Part shown: positions 10,201-18,900 of the stretch, in pieces | Numbering within the stretch: position 1 is the first letter of the stretch | How the letters are laid out: each line of letters opens with the position of its first letter | Source of the DNA: Clostridia bacterium | GTDB lineage: Bacteria > Bacillota > Clostridia > Christensenellales > UBA1242 | Direction: 5' to 3' | DNA: 64,000 bases | Assembly (NCBI GenBank): GCA_017507215.1 | Contig: JAFWBI010000003.1 | Span: 15,687-79,686 of the forward strand | Program-made: the position numbers and the translations under genes | The notes under the pieces: generated by a model | Database searches by the model: none | Told to the model about the DNA's origin: nothing | What the model saw: only the letters and a program-made list of their open reading frames with translations

Positions 10201-13200
10201 TGATGATGGTTTTGGCAACACTGAAATCGCAAAAGTTATTTGGGTTGGTGTTGATGAAACCGGTGGAACAGGCGTTGCTCTTAACAAGGCAGTGTTCCAA
10301 ACATATTACAATAAACTTGTTACAAACTTTGATAGCATTATTGAAGGAGATGTTCTTAAATATTCAATCGGAACAACAGCTCGTGACCTTCCAGCAACTT
10401 CAGACCCAGTGCCTCAAACAATGACAAGTTTCTATATCACAAAGAATATTGCATTAAACACAAATGATTTCATTTATGAAAACTATTTCTATTTCACACT
10501 TGAATATGGTTACATTAATAATCTTTTAGCTCAAGATTATAGTGCTATTGGTGCAGGAACAGGACAACTTGAAACTTCAATCAATATTGCACTTGGTCAA
10601 AATCTTGGAACAGACATTGAAGACAGAAAAGGATTTGATATTTCAAGACCTGAAACATGGACATGGCTTGAATTTATTGTAATTTACGAATTTTCAAATG
10701 TTTCAATCAGACATAATTTCTTTGAAGGTATGAGTTTTGATGATTTGTTTGTTGATAACTATGTTCCAGTGTTCACAAACGATAGAAATGAATTCATTAT
10801 TGAATTTAATGGAAATTATTACAACTTGAATGCGATTGATTATGTACATGATGGCGACGAAGCAAAACTATCAAGTGCAGAAATTGCTTCAATTATTGAG
10901 AGCAGAATTCAAGTTGAAGAAGATGATGGTGGAGATGTTCTCACAGTTGACGATGCAGTTCATGCAGGTTCAGACACCAAGTCGCAAATGAAAACACTTC
11001 GCTACACATATGAATATATGGCTAAAAAAGAAACAGATTATGCTCTTAACTACACAAAGACACCTGAAAGCATTTTATATTCATATAAAGATAGTCCAAG
11101 TGGCAAAAACTCAGCAACATTTACTTATATGAGCACAACATATAATTTCTATGTTGATGCTGATGGAAATGTTTCTTTTGACGGGGCAACAGAAACAATT
11201 TTAAGGGGAATCTTTGGAGCAAGTTTTACAGCTTCAGCTGATATTGCTGACGGAAAAATTACCATTGGTGGAAACACATTAAACTTTAAAGTTATTGAAA
11301 ATGGTACAATTTATTATTTAACACTTAACACGGAAATCATTCAAACTTATCAAATTAGTTTTGCAAGTTTGAACAGTGCTGGCAACTACACAATCACAAA
11401 TGTTGTTAGAATTGTTAACTGGCCACAAAAGTTAATGAATGATATTCAAACAATTTACCCAGACCTTAACTGGGCAACACTTCTTGCAACCGATGGTTGG
11501 CTTGATACACTTGGGGTATTCACATCAGCTCAAGCATCTGGTGAATATGAAAGTTCAGGAAACTCTGCGAACATCACTGCTGCAGGTTTGGTTCTTTCAG
11601 AATTCTTCTTATCTGTTATCAAAATGCCTGAAGATTTCACTTCAAGACTCGAATATGAATATATTCCTGTGTTTGATACAGACACAATCAAAGCTTTGAT
11701 GCTTTCAATGCTTGGTGAAGAAGAATATCACGACCTTTCAATGCAAGCAGAAGTGTTTATGGATATGTTCAACGAATTCTTCGTTCCAATCTTAGAAGAC
11801 ATTGCTAATGAACGTGGGGTTGAACTTGTTGAAGGAAAAGTTGATAACTTCTATATCAGCGTTTATAAAGCATTCCTTGCAACAGTTTTAATGTCTTCAG
11901 ATATGGCTGAATATTTCTATAAAATTGCAACAAGAGTTTACGCTCAATACACAATTTTAGACGCTCTTGCAAGTGCAAGTGGCGACTATGCAGCATATAG
12001 CAAATATATTAATATGCTTAGTGGAGCAGATGATAATGGCGTAACATCATTCAACTACGCAAATTTCCATCAGCTTACACTTTATGAAAATAGTTTCTCT
12101 GGAAACACAAATCCAACATTCACATTCAATATTCATTCAACAATCAATGGTCTTTATGGTCAAGGCTTAACATATAGAAAACTTTCAAATCAAGGTTATG
12201 CAGTTGTGAACTCAACTGGCAATGAAGACAAAAAAGTTACAAAAGCTGATGCTAAGAAAACATTTGAAAATGAAGACAACTTTGCAAAACTTGTTGATGA
12301 CCTTGATACAAAATATGAAGCTATTTATATTGATAGCCACTCAAGAGTGAAAGATAACAATGAAACGGGGTATTATTGTTATTTGTTTGACGCATATTGG
12401 TCAATCAGACAAAATCTTGATGACAGAAATATGCTCAGTACAACATATCTTGCAAACTATCACAAATATCTCTTAGGTGAAATCAAGAGATGGTATCACA
12501 TTTCTGATGTTAGCACGGAGCAAGCTTCAGCTTATATTCCAGACCAACAATCATATGAAATGAACATGTTGCTTTCAAGTGTTATGACAGAGCTTGCAGG
12601 TGTTTCAATTTATATGCCAGACGCAGACCAATTTGAAATCGAAGAAGGTGACAACCTTTGGGACGTTATTAAAGAAGCTTATGACACTGCAACTCAAAAC
12701 TCAGACCAAGTTTTGAAAACTACATTCAAAAACAACACAAATCTTTATAGTGATTATAGAAGAGCATATGAAAATGTATTTGATATGAGCAATAAGTTAA
12801 TCGGAAACGATGTAACTGGAATTTTAGGAATCATGAGCAAGTCTGAAAAAGGCGATACATCTGAAACCTATAGAGTTAAATTAACACAAACCGAAACAAA
12901 GAGAGTTGACGCGTGGAACAGACTTCTTTCTATGCGTGATGACCTTGAAATTTTGGTTAATGAACTTGGTTCTGTAATTGATGCAGCTCCTGGCTCTTAT
13001 GTTGAAGGAGATAATTCAAGGGGTTACAGAGACCCAAGCATTGATGATGGAAGATATGCGAAGGCTTATGAAGAACTTCAAAACTTCTACACAAACCTTG
13101 ATACATATATTTCAAATCAAAAAATAATTGATATTATTTATAAGACAAGTATCACATTCACACTTGCACAATTTGGTAAAAACTATGTAACCGAAGGATA

Positions 13201-15913
13201 TAAGTTTGAATTTGAAAACAAAGAATATACACTTAAATCTGCATCATCACCAGAAAGAATTGCTGAATATGTTTATGGTGGTGCGTTCCTTGCAAGATAT
13301 GGTGTTGCAGCTGTTTACACAACTCCTGAATATCATGGTTTTGTTGAGAACTATAGAGTTTATGATTCAAAAGAAAATGTTATAAAAACCCACTTAAACG
13401 TTTGGACTGAAATGCGTTCATTTGCTTCAGAACTTGCAAATTACACAGCAAGGCTCTATTACTTAAGTAACATGAACGACCTTTCTGGAAACGTCGGAGA
13501 TGCAATTTTATTAACAGATACTGTTTATAAAGGAAAATCTTCAGGTGGTGCTTCTGTTGATAGAACACTTGAACATATGATTTTGGAATATATTCTTCAA
13601 AGCGACCTTTCAGCTGATACTTTATTAAGACTCATATTTGGTGATTCTTCAGAATCACTTGATGACTTAAACGTTGACCCAGCAAAAGAGATTTATGCAC
13701 TTGCATATTTCCTTGAAGGCAAAAACTATACAACCAATAGTGACACGGGCAATATTAGAATTGAGATTGGGGAAGACCCTGACAAAGAAATTTTTGAAAT
13801 GAGCAGCTATAATAAGCGTCAATATCTTTCAAAATATCTTGAACTTGTTGCAAATGATGCAAGTTATGATTCATTTGGATATTATCACGATGGTTCAAAT
13901 ACCGGAAAAGATAGAATCCACACAATCTTCAAAAAGGTTATTTCATATTTAGTTGTAACCGAAGAAGAAGGTGAATCTGTTGCAGAAGATGCTGTTAAAC
14001 TTGATGATATAACATTTAAAGATTTCAGAAAATTGATGGTTAAAACACTTGGTGAATATGAAAAGAATCCAAGTGAAACCGATTTAGAAAACTCAAATCG
14101 TTACATTACATTGTTTAACTTAGTATGTTCACAATTCAGCTACACATATAAGGCAAGTTCAGAAGATATTGAAGCAGGAACAGCTGTAAGTGCTGTTTAC
14201 GCTAAAAATATTGATGGCAGAGCTTACTATATTCATCAAACAAACACTGGTTTAATGGATATTCCACTTTATGCAGACTTCTCAATTGACGTTCCAACAA
14301 GAGATATTATATTAACTCTTGCAGGTGTTGCAAACAGACCAATCGAAGAACTTGTTGGTCTTGAATACGACAATTTATACGCATCAGATGAAGAGTATGA
14401 TGAAGCTGATGGCGATGTATTCATTGTTTGTACGTATGATGAAATGGAAGGATTGTATTATCCAATTCTCGCTAGAAATCCAGATACAGTTATTCCTCAA
14501 AGACATAAAGATTATATTTCAAAGTATAATATTGATGTAACTACAAGGATTATTGAATCTGACTATGGTTATCCAATTGTTGCTAAAGGTGTAATTGATG
14601 CCGCAGGAAATCCAACAGCAATAAAAATTGTAAACAATTCAGTGTTGTTCTATAGAACAGGAATCACAACAACAACAACTGTTGGAGAAGGTGCGTTGTC
14701 GTATACTAAGAGTGGTGGTGAAATCACAACTATTGGTTATACAAAATATGTGGCACACACATATAAAAACGCAAAGGGAGCTGAAAAGATGGCAATGTTT
14801 ACGGGTTCGTCAAACATTGACACAATGATAAACTCAAAGATTTTGTTCTACTTCATACAGGTTGATGATTTGTATTCAATCACAGATGAAACAAACTTTG
14901 ATGCGATTTCAGTTCTTGACCAATTCTCAGCGTTCTACACGCTTGAGAGCAAACAATATGCGATGTTCCTTTTAGGATTCGCAACTATTATACCTATGCT
15001 CTTTAAAGCATCTGGTGCCGTTCTTAGAAGAATTTTAGATTTGATATTCTTAGTTTTAATGGGACCACTTGCCATTTCTGCAACTGGAATAGCTCCAGAA
15101 CAAGGTGGAAACACAAAGAGTAAGATATTTGATACTTGGAAGAACTATCTGACGCAGACGTTGCTGCATGTGTTTGGATATATAATAGCATTTAATGTCT
15201 ACTACATATTAGTATCAACCGTCTTGCAGATGGAACTTGTTTCAGATAACACTATGGATATGATTTATCGCATTGGTGGCTTATCTGGAATCATCACAAA
15301 AGATAGTGTTAACGCATTTATGCGTCTTATTTACACACTTTGTGCTGCTGGTGCGCTTGAAACTTCTGCAGACCTTCTTGTTAAGATTGTTACAGCAGGA
15401 AAAGCAGACCAAGCATTCTCAACAGCGATGTCTAAAGACGTTATGGGCGATGTTAAGAAAGTTGTTCAAGAAATCAAAGCGAAAGCTCAAATGGCTAAGA
15501 ACTTCATTAACGGAAAAGTTATCGTTCAGGCAAAAGACTTTGCTCTGGAAACAGCCAAGAATATTGTTCCTGGTGGAGCTGTAATCGACGCAGCTGTTCG
15601 AAAGGGACAAGATATAGCATCTGATGTTAAAGGAAAAGTTCTTGAAAAAGGTGCTGAAAGACTTGGCGTTCCTCCACAAATCGCTAAGAAGATGGGCAAA
15701 CAATATGCTGAAAATGAAAAGAAACAACGTGATGCAAAACGTCAAAACAGAACTAAGAATGCAAACGAATTCTTAGGTAACTTTGGTGTTGGCGATGGTA
15801 AATTCTTTGATGCTCCACCACCAAGTGCCGGAAAAGGCAAAAAGCCAAAAGGCAAAGGTGGCGGCGGTGGAAAGAAGAAAAAATCGTCAAAGCCAAAAAA
15901 GAAAAAGAAATAA
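4256..15913 (+). CDS. Giant (3885 aa) polytopic membrane/surface protein in the VirB6 gene position; N-terminal TM module, ~3300-aa ectodomain, C-terminal TM module, polybasic tail
   Basis: An uninterrupted 11,658-nt ORF with RBS TAGGAG 10-15 nt upstream, starting 24 nt after the ATPase stop. Hydrophobic segments lie at aa ~20-75, ~110-140 and ~165-195 (nt 4256-4860). More lie at aa ~3565-3680 (nt ~14950-15300; MFLLGFATIIPMLF, LIFLVLMGPLAISATGIAP, LLHVFGYIIAFNVYYILVSTVL). The middle is N/Y/T/D-rich, nearly Cys-free, and contains repeated modules. The tail is GKGKKPKGKGGGGGKKKKSSKPKKKKK. The VirB6-like call rests on gene order and topology only. Confidence 0.7.
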   Translation: MIRLYSFLISLFSAERGSSFLSAAGGIWGFFGVLGKFIVRVIANFFAKCANFLKEASWAIIKFVLGIVDAFQFMIEEFLGISRDSEGMMHGVTVDEMVTYAENNQSGATSFLSVLSTTFRAILAVSIVLLIIFTIIAIIRQEYTAATQAASDGNSNDKRPIIMGMFKKMLYIILLPLTMIFIITGVNSILAAFSRAMSGQVNMTIASQILATSTYDSNKYRYYAQQDRRVPIVINTYNPDDYDPDENDLLVQKIKSISVQGKLQDTIVNINNRNLLTFKEALTYKNNRLTNSVEYGDFYEQFICTPEQYQVMADFVDYAQKTNLNFQIRSLDDPAIEWKYVDSAVFNANDVSLKINYHDLNDLNNNGSVKDSYTIEYSTSFEVTSPITDSMKTIQALLGIDEYADNLYKTMERDENSVNLVNWQNEKVLIQLSEDFVLNNPSSWSRLDQLIMYEYYHFASNNTFGNYSIQDLMEGVELDAAQIVYREYYPEANAYSAERTKDCVKINGSYYNTVKDPRKTDSYGNVYYVLKDSLVDENGVSVSDTTFLNNEYARIEKVEGSAARLLLTGKSTGFNVNNPATWAYSDQILIYEFFSDLTYNNMLYIYDFSEFMGVDTNDDGDLDKFVDVPVYKITHAGLDGTTEKDDLNGIYVLLNGTYYKVKEANSSIYHGDTGVNLYSLWGDKDDTSNNFINEATPYTDNLYYNYTITLDAGYADAYGITTETGNALSADHIVSRVETATNISTLTPAFVPLEQDDTNYLKYSSYSISLSRNFDFADVNTWTYKDYFLFYLYSCYPKITGNLGLDSLRIAGLSGNVGKIGGTYVFQVKYDKYNPGGGVQDLYLYIDIDKSRAISDMLINRKINSINLGQLMTANRVDNTNELFINVNVDDLKTAHSEVHKFNLSEGFLETVPGSWTVLDYILYTFSEQDKISSVADIKEKGYSSVKYILENDVVYQLGPSAEKTYLSLNGINSLVDIDNNSLNFLTERDFLEMPLVDYIAKLYRTTSNELVTNEDGVVDALYKELSPYIYDIDTMIEMIVNKNGFKLDSSIDPASPNKFEVFDNVSEFTYTPLPGTKVNEMSTWTRFDELLYALTGSFQTKYTSKVIYYNDDNGTTDDATDDTEYKYFVVGNYAVDISSDEVENPVDPGNMIDNPFKSTLVDGNVINSPDTSFVVGTDTIDVFYQNRYKDYVITKTPLAYKNTATTSNFDRTYKNLTGNSIVINTTYNLYVISYNNELYVEVYNDDTNTYYYVKIDSYSTNAIVSDVQPEIVNGFKVTDYANSKFKYTRGLSSSTYTAFDIVYEKLMGTALLVNTSVEYDVFSVNGKLYIEFNNSGVLYYLEVTESYGSTFSVMKKSSINPVDTAKVAVVDPMTFVSFNNTIDEESNDLQLSSLNYSKIDAIIYSITGEMNSKTYSVYNRGGELYTYVDNQYVKVNDDLVANKNTGHLAENETEFPTITLNPTNYQIQSAPVSTLYENYYESLIVEVIGSVITASATEVTYSYVKNDARLDITNISPFALILAKKGLINLNTTEEVEISGTVVTSQRGRKYFKFNGSLNGNPLQFNVDITDIAHTFVDETDTSSVKLIDNAVAKYEMVLRYMLLNNGVTESEYISSLTSYKNDRQDYYEVLTTDKNTLKTPIEKTAGFDFKEPTASDWTIYNLLVYNLTGFAPAEEAIVYIDAAGNRYVEITDGMSSVYTQISLGTNIISTLFTKIETTSVNYEKKNASGEYTPLGIIASKATDVDNGTITKVLVDDMNFYFLVDGIAGTYSAVYGLNEDAIRSKNTEGLYSYYFAGSATVSNWSVFDTLIALVANTTSSKTYLSNIYIYGSNAYYLINEDFVNLSKIRVLTSAGVDNIFNRIGDDALDINYQLSPAVTPLKNFYNSTTVGHKAVTVIDDINSLVPDVDDDDDDDEESNRIYFSEDFDISDFSTWTHADLILYYMFVEYPNYFSNASVTISNFQQLIEQGYAPAYEFNHIVDDGFGNTEIAKVIWVGVDETGGTGVALNKAVFQTYYNKLVTNFDSIIEGDVLKYSIGTTARDLPATSDPVPQTMTSFYITKNIALNTNDFIYENYFYFTLEYGYINNLLAQDYSAIGAGTGQLETSINIALGQNLGTDIEDRKGFDISRPETWTWLEFIVIYEFSNVSIRHNFFEGMSFDDLFVDNYVPVFTNDRNEFIIEFNGNYYNLNAIDYVHDGDEAKLSSAEIASIIESRIQVEEDDGGDVLTVDDAVHAGSDTKSQMKTLRYTYEYMAKKETDYALNYTKTPESILYSYKDSPSGKNSATFTYMSTTYNFYVDADGNVSFDGATETILRGIFGASFTASADIADGKITIGGNTLNFKVIENGTIYYLTLNTEIIQTYQISFASLNSAGNYTITNVVRIVNWPQKLMNDIQTIYPDLNWATLLATDGWLDTLGVFTSAQASGEYESSGNSANITAAGLVLSEFFLSVIKMPEDFTSRLEYEYIPVFDTDTIKALMLSMLGEEEYHDLSMQAEVFMDMFNEFFVPILEDIANERGVELVEGKVDNFYISVYKAFLATVLMSSDMAEYFYKIATRVYAQYTILDALASASGDYAAYSKYINMLSGADDNGVTSFNYANFHQLTLYENSFSGNTNPTFTFNIHSTINGLYGQGLTYRKLSNQGYAVVNSTGNEDKKVTKADAKKTFENEDNFAKLVDDLDTKYEAIYIDSHSRVKDNNETGYYCYLFDAYWSIRQNLDDRNMLSTTYLANYHKYLLGEIKRWYHISDVSTEQASAYIPDQQSYEMNMLLSSVMTELAGVSIYMPDADQFEIEEGDNLWDVIKEAYDTATQNSDQVLKTTFKNNTNLYSDYRRAYENVFDMSNKLIGNDVTGILGIMSKSEKGDTSETYRVKLTQTETKRVDAWNRLLSMRDDLEILVNELGSVIDAAPGSYVEGDNSRGYRDPSIDDGRYAKAYEELQNFYTNLDTYISNQKIIDIIYKTSITFTLAQFGKNYVTEGYKFEFENKEYTLKSASSPERIAEYVYGGAFLARYGVAAVYTTPEYHGFVENYRVYDSKENVIKTHLNVWTEMRSFASELANYTARLYYLSNMNDLSGNVGDAILLTDTVYKGKSSGGASVDRTLEHMILEYILQSDLSADTLLRLIFGDSSESLDDLNVDPAKEIYALAYFLEGKNYTTNSDTGNIRIEIGEDPDKEIFEMSSYNKRQYLSKYLELVANDASYDSFGYYHDGSNTGKDRIHTIFKKVISYLVVTEEEGESVAEDAVKLDDITFKDFRKLMVKTLGEYEKNPSETDLENSNRYITLFNLVCSQFSYTYKASSEDIEAGTAVSAVYAKNIDGRAYYIHQTNTGLMDIPLYADFSIDVPTRDIILTLAGVANRPIEELVGLEYDNLYASDEEYDEADGDVFIVCTYDEMEGLYYPILARNPDTVIPQRHKDYISKYNIDVTTRIIESDYGYPIVAKGVIDAAGNPTAIKIVNNSVLFYRTGITTTTTVGEGALSYTKSGGEITTIGYTKYVAHTYKNAKGAEKMAMFTGSSNIDTMINSKILFYFIQVDDLYSITDETNFDAISVLDQFSAFYTLESKQYAMFLLGFATIIPMLFKASGAVLRRILDLIFLVLMGPLAISATGIAPEQGGNTKSKIFDTWKNYLTQTLLHVFGYIIAFNVYYILVSTVLQMELVSDNTMDMIYRIGGLSGIITKDSVNAFMRLIYTLCAAGALETSADLLVKIVTAGKADQAFSTAMSKDVMGDVKKVVQEIKAKAQMAKNFINGKVIVQAKDFALETAKNIVPGGAVIDAAVRKGQDIASDVKGKVLEKGAERLGVPPQIAKKMGKQYAENEKKQRDAKRQNRTKNANEFLGNFGVGDGKFFDAPPPSAGKGKKPKGKGGGGGKKKKSSKPKKKKK
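5570..10700 (+). repeat. About 11 degenerate protein-level modules inside the giant ORF, each marked by a W-[ST]-x-x-D-x-hydrophobic-hydrophobic-Y motif
   Basis: Strong copies are SWSRLDQLIMYEY (~5581), TWAYSDQILIYEF (~5995), TWTYKDYFLFYLY (~6595), SWTVLDYILYTF (~7000), TWTRFDELLYAL (~7505), DWTIYNLLVYNL (~9230), NWSVFDTLIALV (~9665), TWTHADLILYYM (~10060) and TWTWLEFIVIYEF (~10657). Weaker copies are YTAFDIVYEKL (~8150) and YSKIDAIIYSI (~8445). Each is usually followed by a Tyr-rich hairpin-like element such as NGSYYNTV, NGTYYKVKE, ELYVEVYND..YYYVKI, KLYIEFNNSGVLYYLEV, ELYTYVDNQYVKV, NRYVEITDG or NGNYYNLN. The nucleotide sequences have diverged, so this is not a collapsed assembly repeat. 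Confidence 0.7.
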
Positions 15914-15945
15914 AAAATAAAAGTAGTACGGGAGAGAAAAAATAG

Positions 15946-18900
15946 ATGGGGTTAATTAATTCAATTAGTACAGTTCCGATGACTCTGATGAAGTTTGCTT
16001 CATCTATTTTCTCATCTGTACCGAATTTCTTGGCTGCAAAGGTTGGTTTTGAAGGAGCTGTTTCTTCATTATTCAACGGTATTTCAAAAATAATGTATTT
16101 TGTGGCAAAGTGGATGCTTTATGTGCTTGATATATTATTTTCGTTTATAAGGCAGCTTAGTGGTTTGGAAATGAAATATGATTCACTTGAAAGTATGGTT
16201 TCAAAAGAATCCGATTTCGTGTTTAATATGTTGTTTACGGCAACAGACTTAATCAATCCAATCATAAGGAATTTAATTGGTCTTTCAATTGCACTTATTA
16301 TATTCTTTGCAATACTTGCAGTTGTAAAAACACAATTCAATTCATTAAAAAGCAAAACACCAGCAGATATTAAAGGTGTTTTAAAAGACACAGGTAGAGC
16401 ATTTGTTTTACTCATTGTTACTCCAATGATAGCGATTATGGGTATCGTTGGTTCAAACTTGTTGTTGCAATCGCTATATCGAGCGACGAACACAACAAAC
16501 TCAAACAGTATAAGTTCTTCGTTATTCTCAGTTTCTGCAACTTCTGCAAGTGCATATCGAATATATGCTCAAGAAGATATGAGAATACCGATAACATTTG
16601 ACTTTACTGAACACGCAGAAATTCTTGAATATTATAAAAAACATGCAATAACTAAAGAATTTAGAGAATATGTTAGTTCAAGCAAAAACCTGATTTATTA
16701 CTTGGGTTATAAACCATTTACTGAAGGTAAGTTTTCTGCATTTTCAACCATGAATGATACTAGGGTTATAGACCCGAACAGCACTCAGGCTGTTAATGCA
16801 AAAAACTATTATCAGGTTTATGACAGAACACAAGAAGCTTATGAAGCGTTAAATTCAACAACAGTAAATTCGTATAAGAAAATCTCAGCATATAGGCCAG
16901 AATATTTTGTTATGGCTGATGTAATTGATTTTGGTATTGAAACTTCAACAGTGATGTATTTCAAAACCATTCAAGAAGTGCTTGAAAGCATTTCACAAAC
17001 AGGTGATGATTATCTATTCAATTCAACAGTTGCGCTTTATAAGATTCAATTCTTAGATTCTGATTTAAAAGTGATAAAGCGTCAGTTTGAATCTGTTGAC
17101 ACAGCAACTGAAACTGCAAGCTCTTATGCTACTTATAAAGAAATTTATAAGGGAAGTTGGAGTGTGATTCGATTCACAAGCACTTATTATGATGTGAATG
17201 CCGAATCAGAACCAACTAAGAAAATGCAGATTCAATATAACCATGTCAGAGATGCTGTCGATGAAATTCAGGGCGCAAAATTCATTATGACTGTTCAAGA
17301 AAACTTAAAAAGAACAGAAACAAGACAAGAGTATGTTGAAGGTGCGTTAACAACAATAACCGAAGACGTTGTTCACACATATTACTATCCACTTACTATT
17401 GGACTTTCACAAGGTAATGAATTTGTATTTGATTCAGAATATATTCAAACTGGACAGCTTATTGCAGCAAAAGGTGTCTTCTCGCAAGAAAGATATGGAT
17501 ATCCTGTTCCGACAGCGATAAGAATTTCAGAAGATGGTTCAGAAGTTCAATTTTATAGACATGATATCGAATCGGTAACAGTTGGTGACTCAGACCAAGC
17601 TGGTACTGGTACGATGAAAGCAGAAGAAGATAAAGGTGGATTTTTGAGCTGGATTAAGAAATTATTTGCGTTCTTAAATCCAAATTTCGATGTTAAAATC
17701 GACCAAGATGCACTTGTTACGGCATATCAATATTCAGAAACAGTTGTAAATGTTTTGCCATCAGGTAAACTTAACGTGAGTTATATGTTTGAAGATGGAT
17801 TTAGTAACAACCTTTTGAACTTTGCAACTGGTGTTGTGAATGTTGTAAATGCTTCAAAAGGTGAAGAAAGTGTTGAGCAAATGGGCATTCACGGACTTCT
17901 TTTAGAAAACGTATTTATTCCAAATAAAATAAATATGATAATCTTAATCTGTGGTTCGTTAATGCTTGTTAAAATCGTATTCACTGCGATATTCCAGCTG
18001 ATAAATAGAGGATATGAACTATTCCTGACGATAATTGTTTATCCAACGGCATGTGCAACAATTCCAATTATGGATAAAGACGATGGCTATAAAACGTGGA
18101 TGACGACGTTTGTCAGCAGGCTGTTCTCGACGTATGGTTTGGTTTTGGGTTTAAACTTCGTTTTGATGTTGTTCCCAGTTATTGCTGAACTTGAAGTTTT
18201 CACGGCTGGTGAAATTGCACTTTCTAAACCAATTATGAGATTTAGAAACTTATTCAGCACAATTCGAACGGTTGCGACAATTGGTATCGTTCAAGCCCCA
18301 ATCAGTTTTGAATTCTTAGCAGGATTCTTAAACATGGTTGTTGTCATCATATTCCAACTTGTTGCATTCACACTGCTTGAAACTATTCCAGAAACAATCA
18401 ACAGAATCACAAAATCTGCTCCACTTAGAGGTGTTAACCCAATCGAATCAGCAAAGAAAGTTCTTAAAGTTGTTGCTGCTATCGTTAAGACGATTTCGTC
18501 GGTTGTCGGTGGTATCAAAGACTTTATTATGATTGCTGGTGATATTGGTGGAAAGCGTGAAGAATTCATCAGAAATGCAAAGATGAAAGTTAAAGGATTC
18601 TTGCCTGGAAGTGAAATTGTTGAAAGTGCTAAAGACTTTGGCAATATGCAAAAGAAGAAACATGAGCAGAAAGAAGCCATGAATGAGCTTAAAGATGCAA
18701 TGAATACTGCAAAAGTTTCGGGCAAAGATGAAAAAGATAAAACTCCTGAAGAAAAAGAACAGGATAAGAAGAGTGCAAAAGAGATTCAAGAAAAATTCAA
18801 TAAAGTTCTTGAAGCTCAAGATAACTATCAAAAAGCTATTGCAGACCCTAGGGGCAACCGTTTGGCTGAAGATGACAAACGTCGTGCTAATGAAAGAAAG

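Noticed and set aside
4256-15913. The giant ORF might be a phage tail tape-measure or other phage structural protein, or an assembly artefact of collapsed repeats.
   Set aside because: There are no phage structural, terminase, portal or lysis genes anywhere nearby. Tape-measure proteins are helical and not anchored by TM clusters at both ends. The internal modules have diverged at the DNA level, so repeat collapse or expansion by mis-assembly is unlikely. I cannot verify this without reads.
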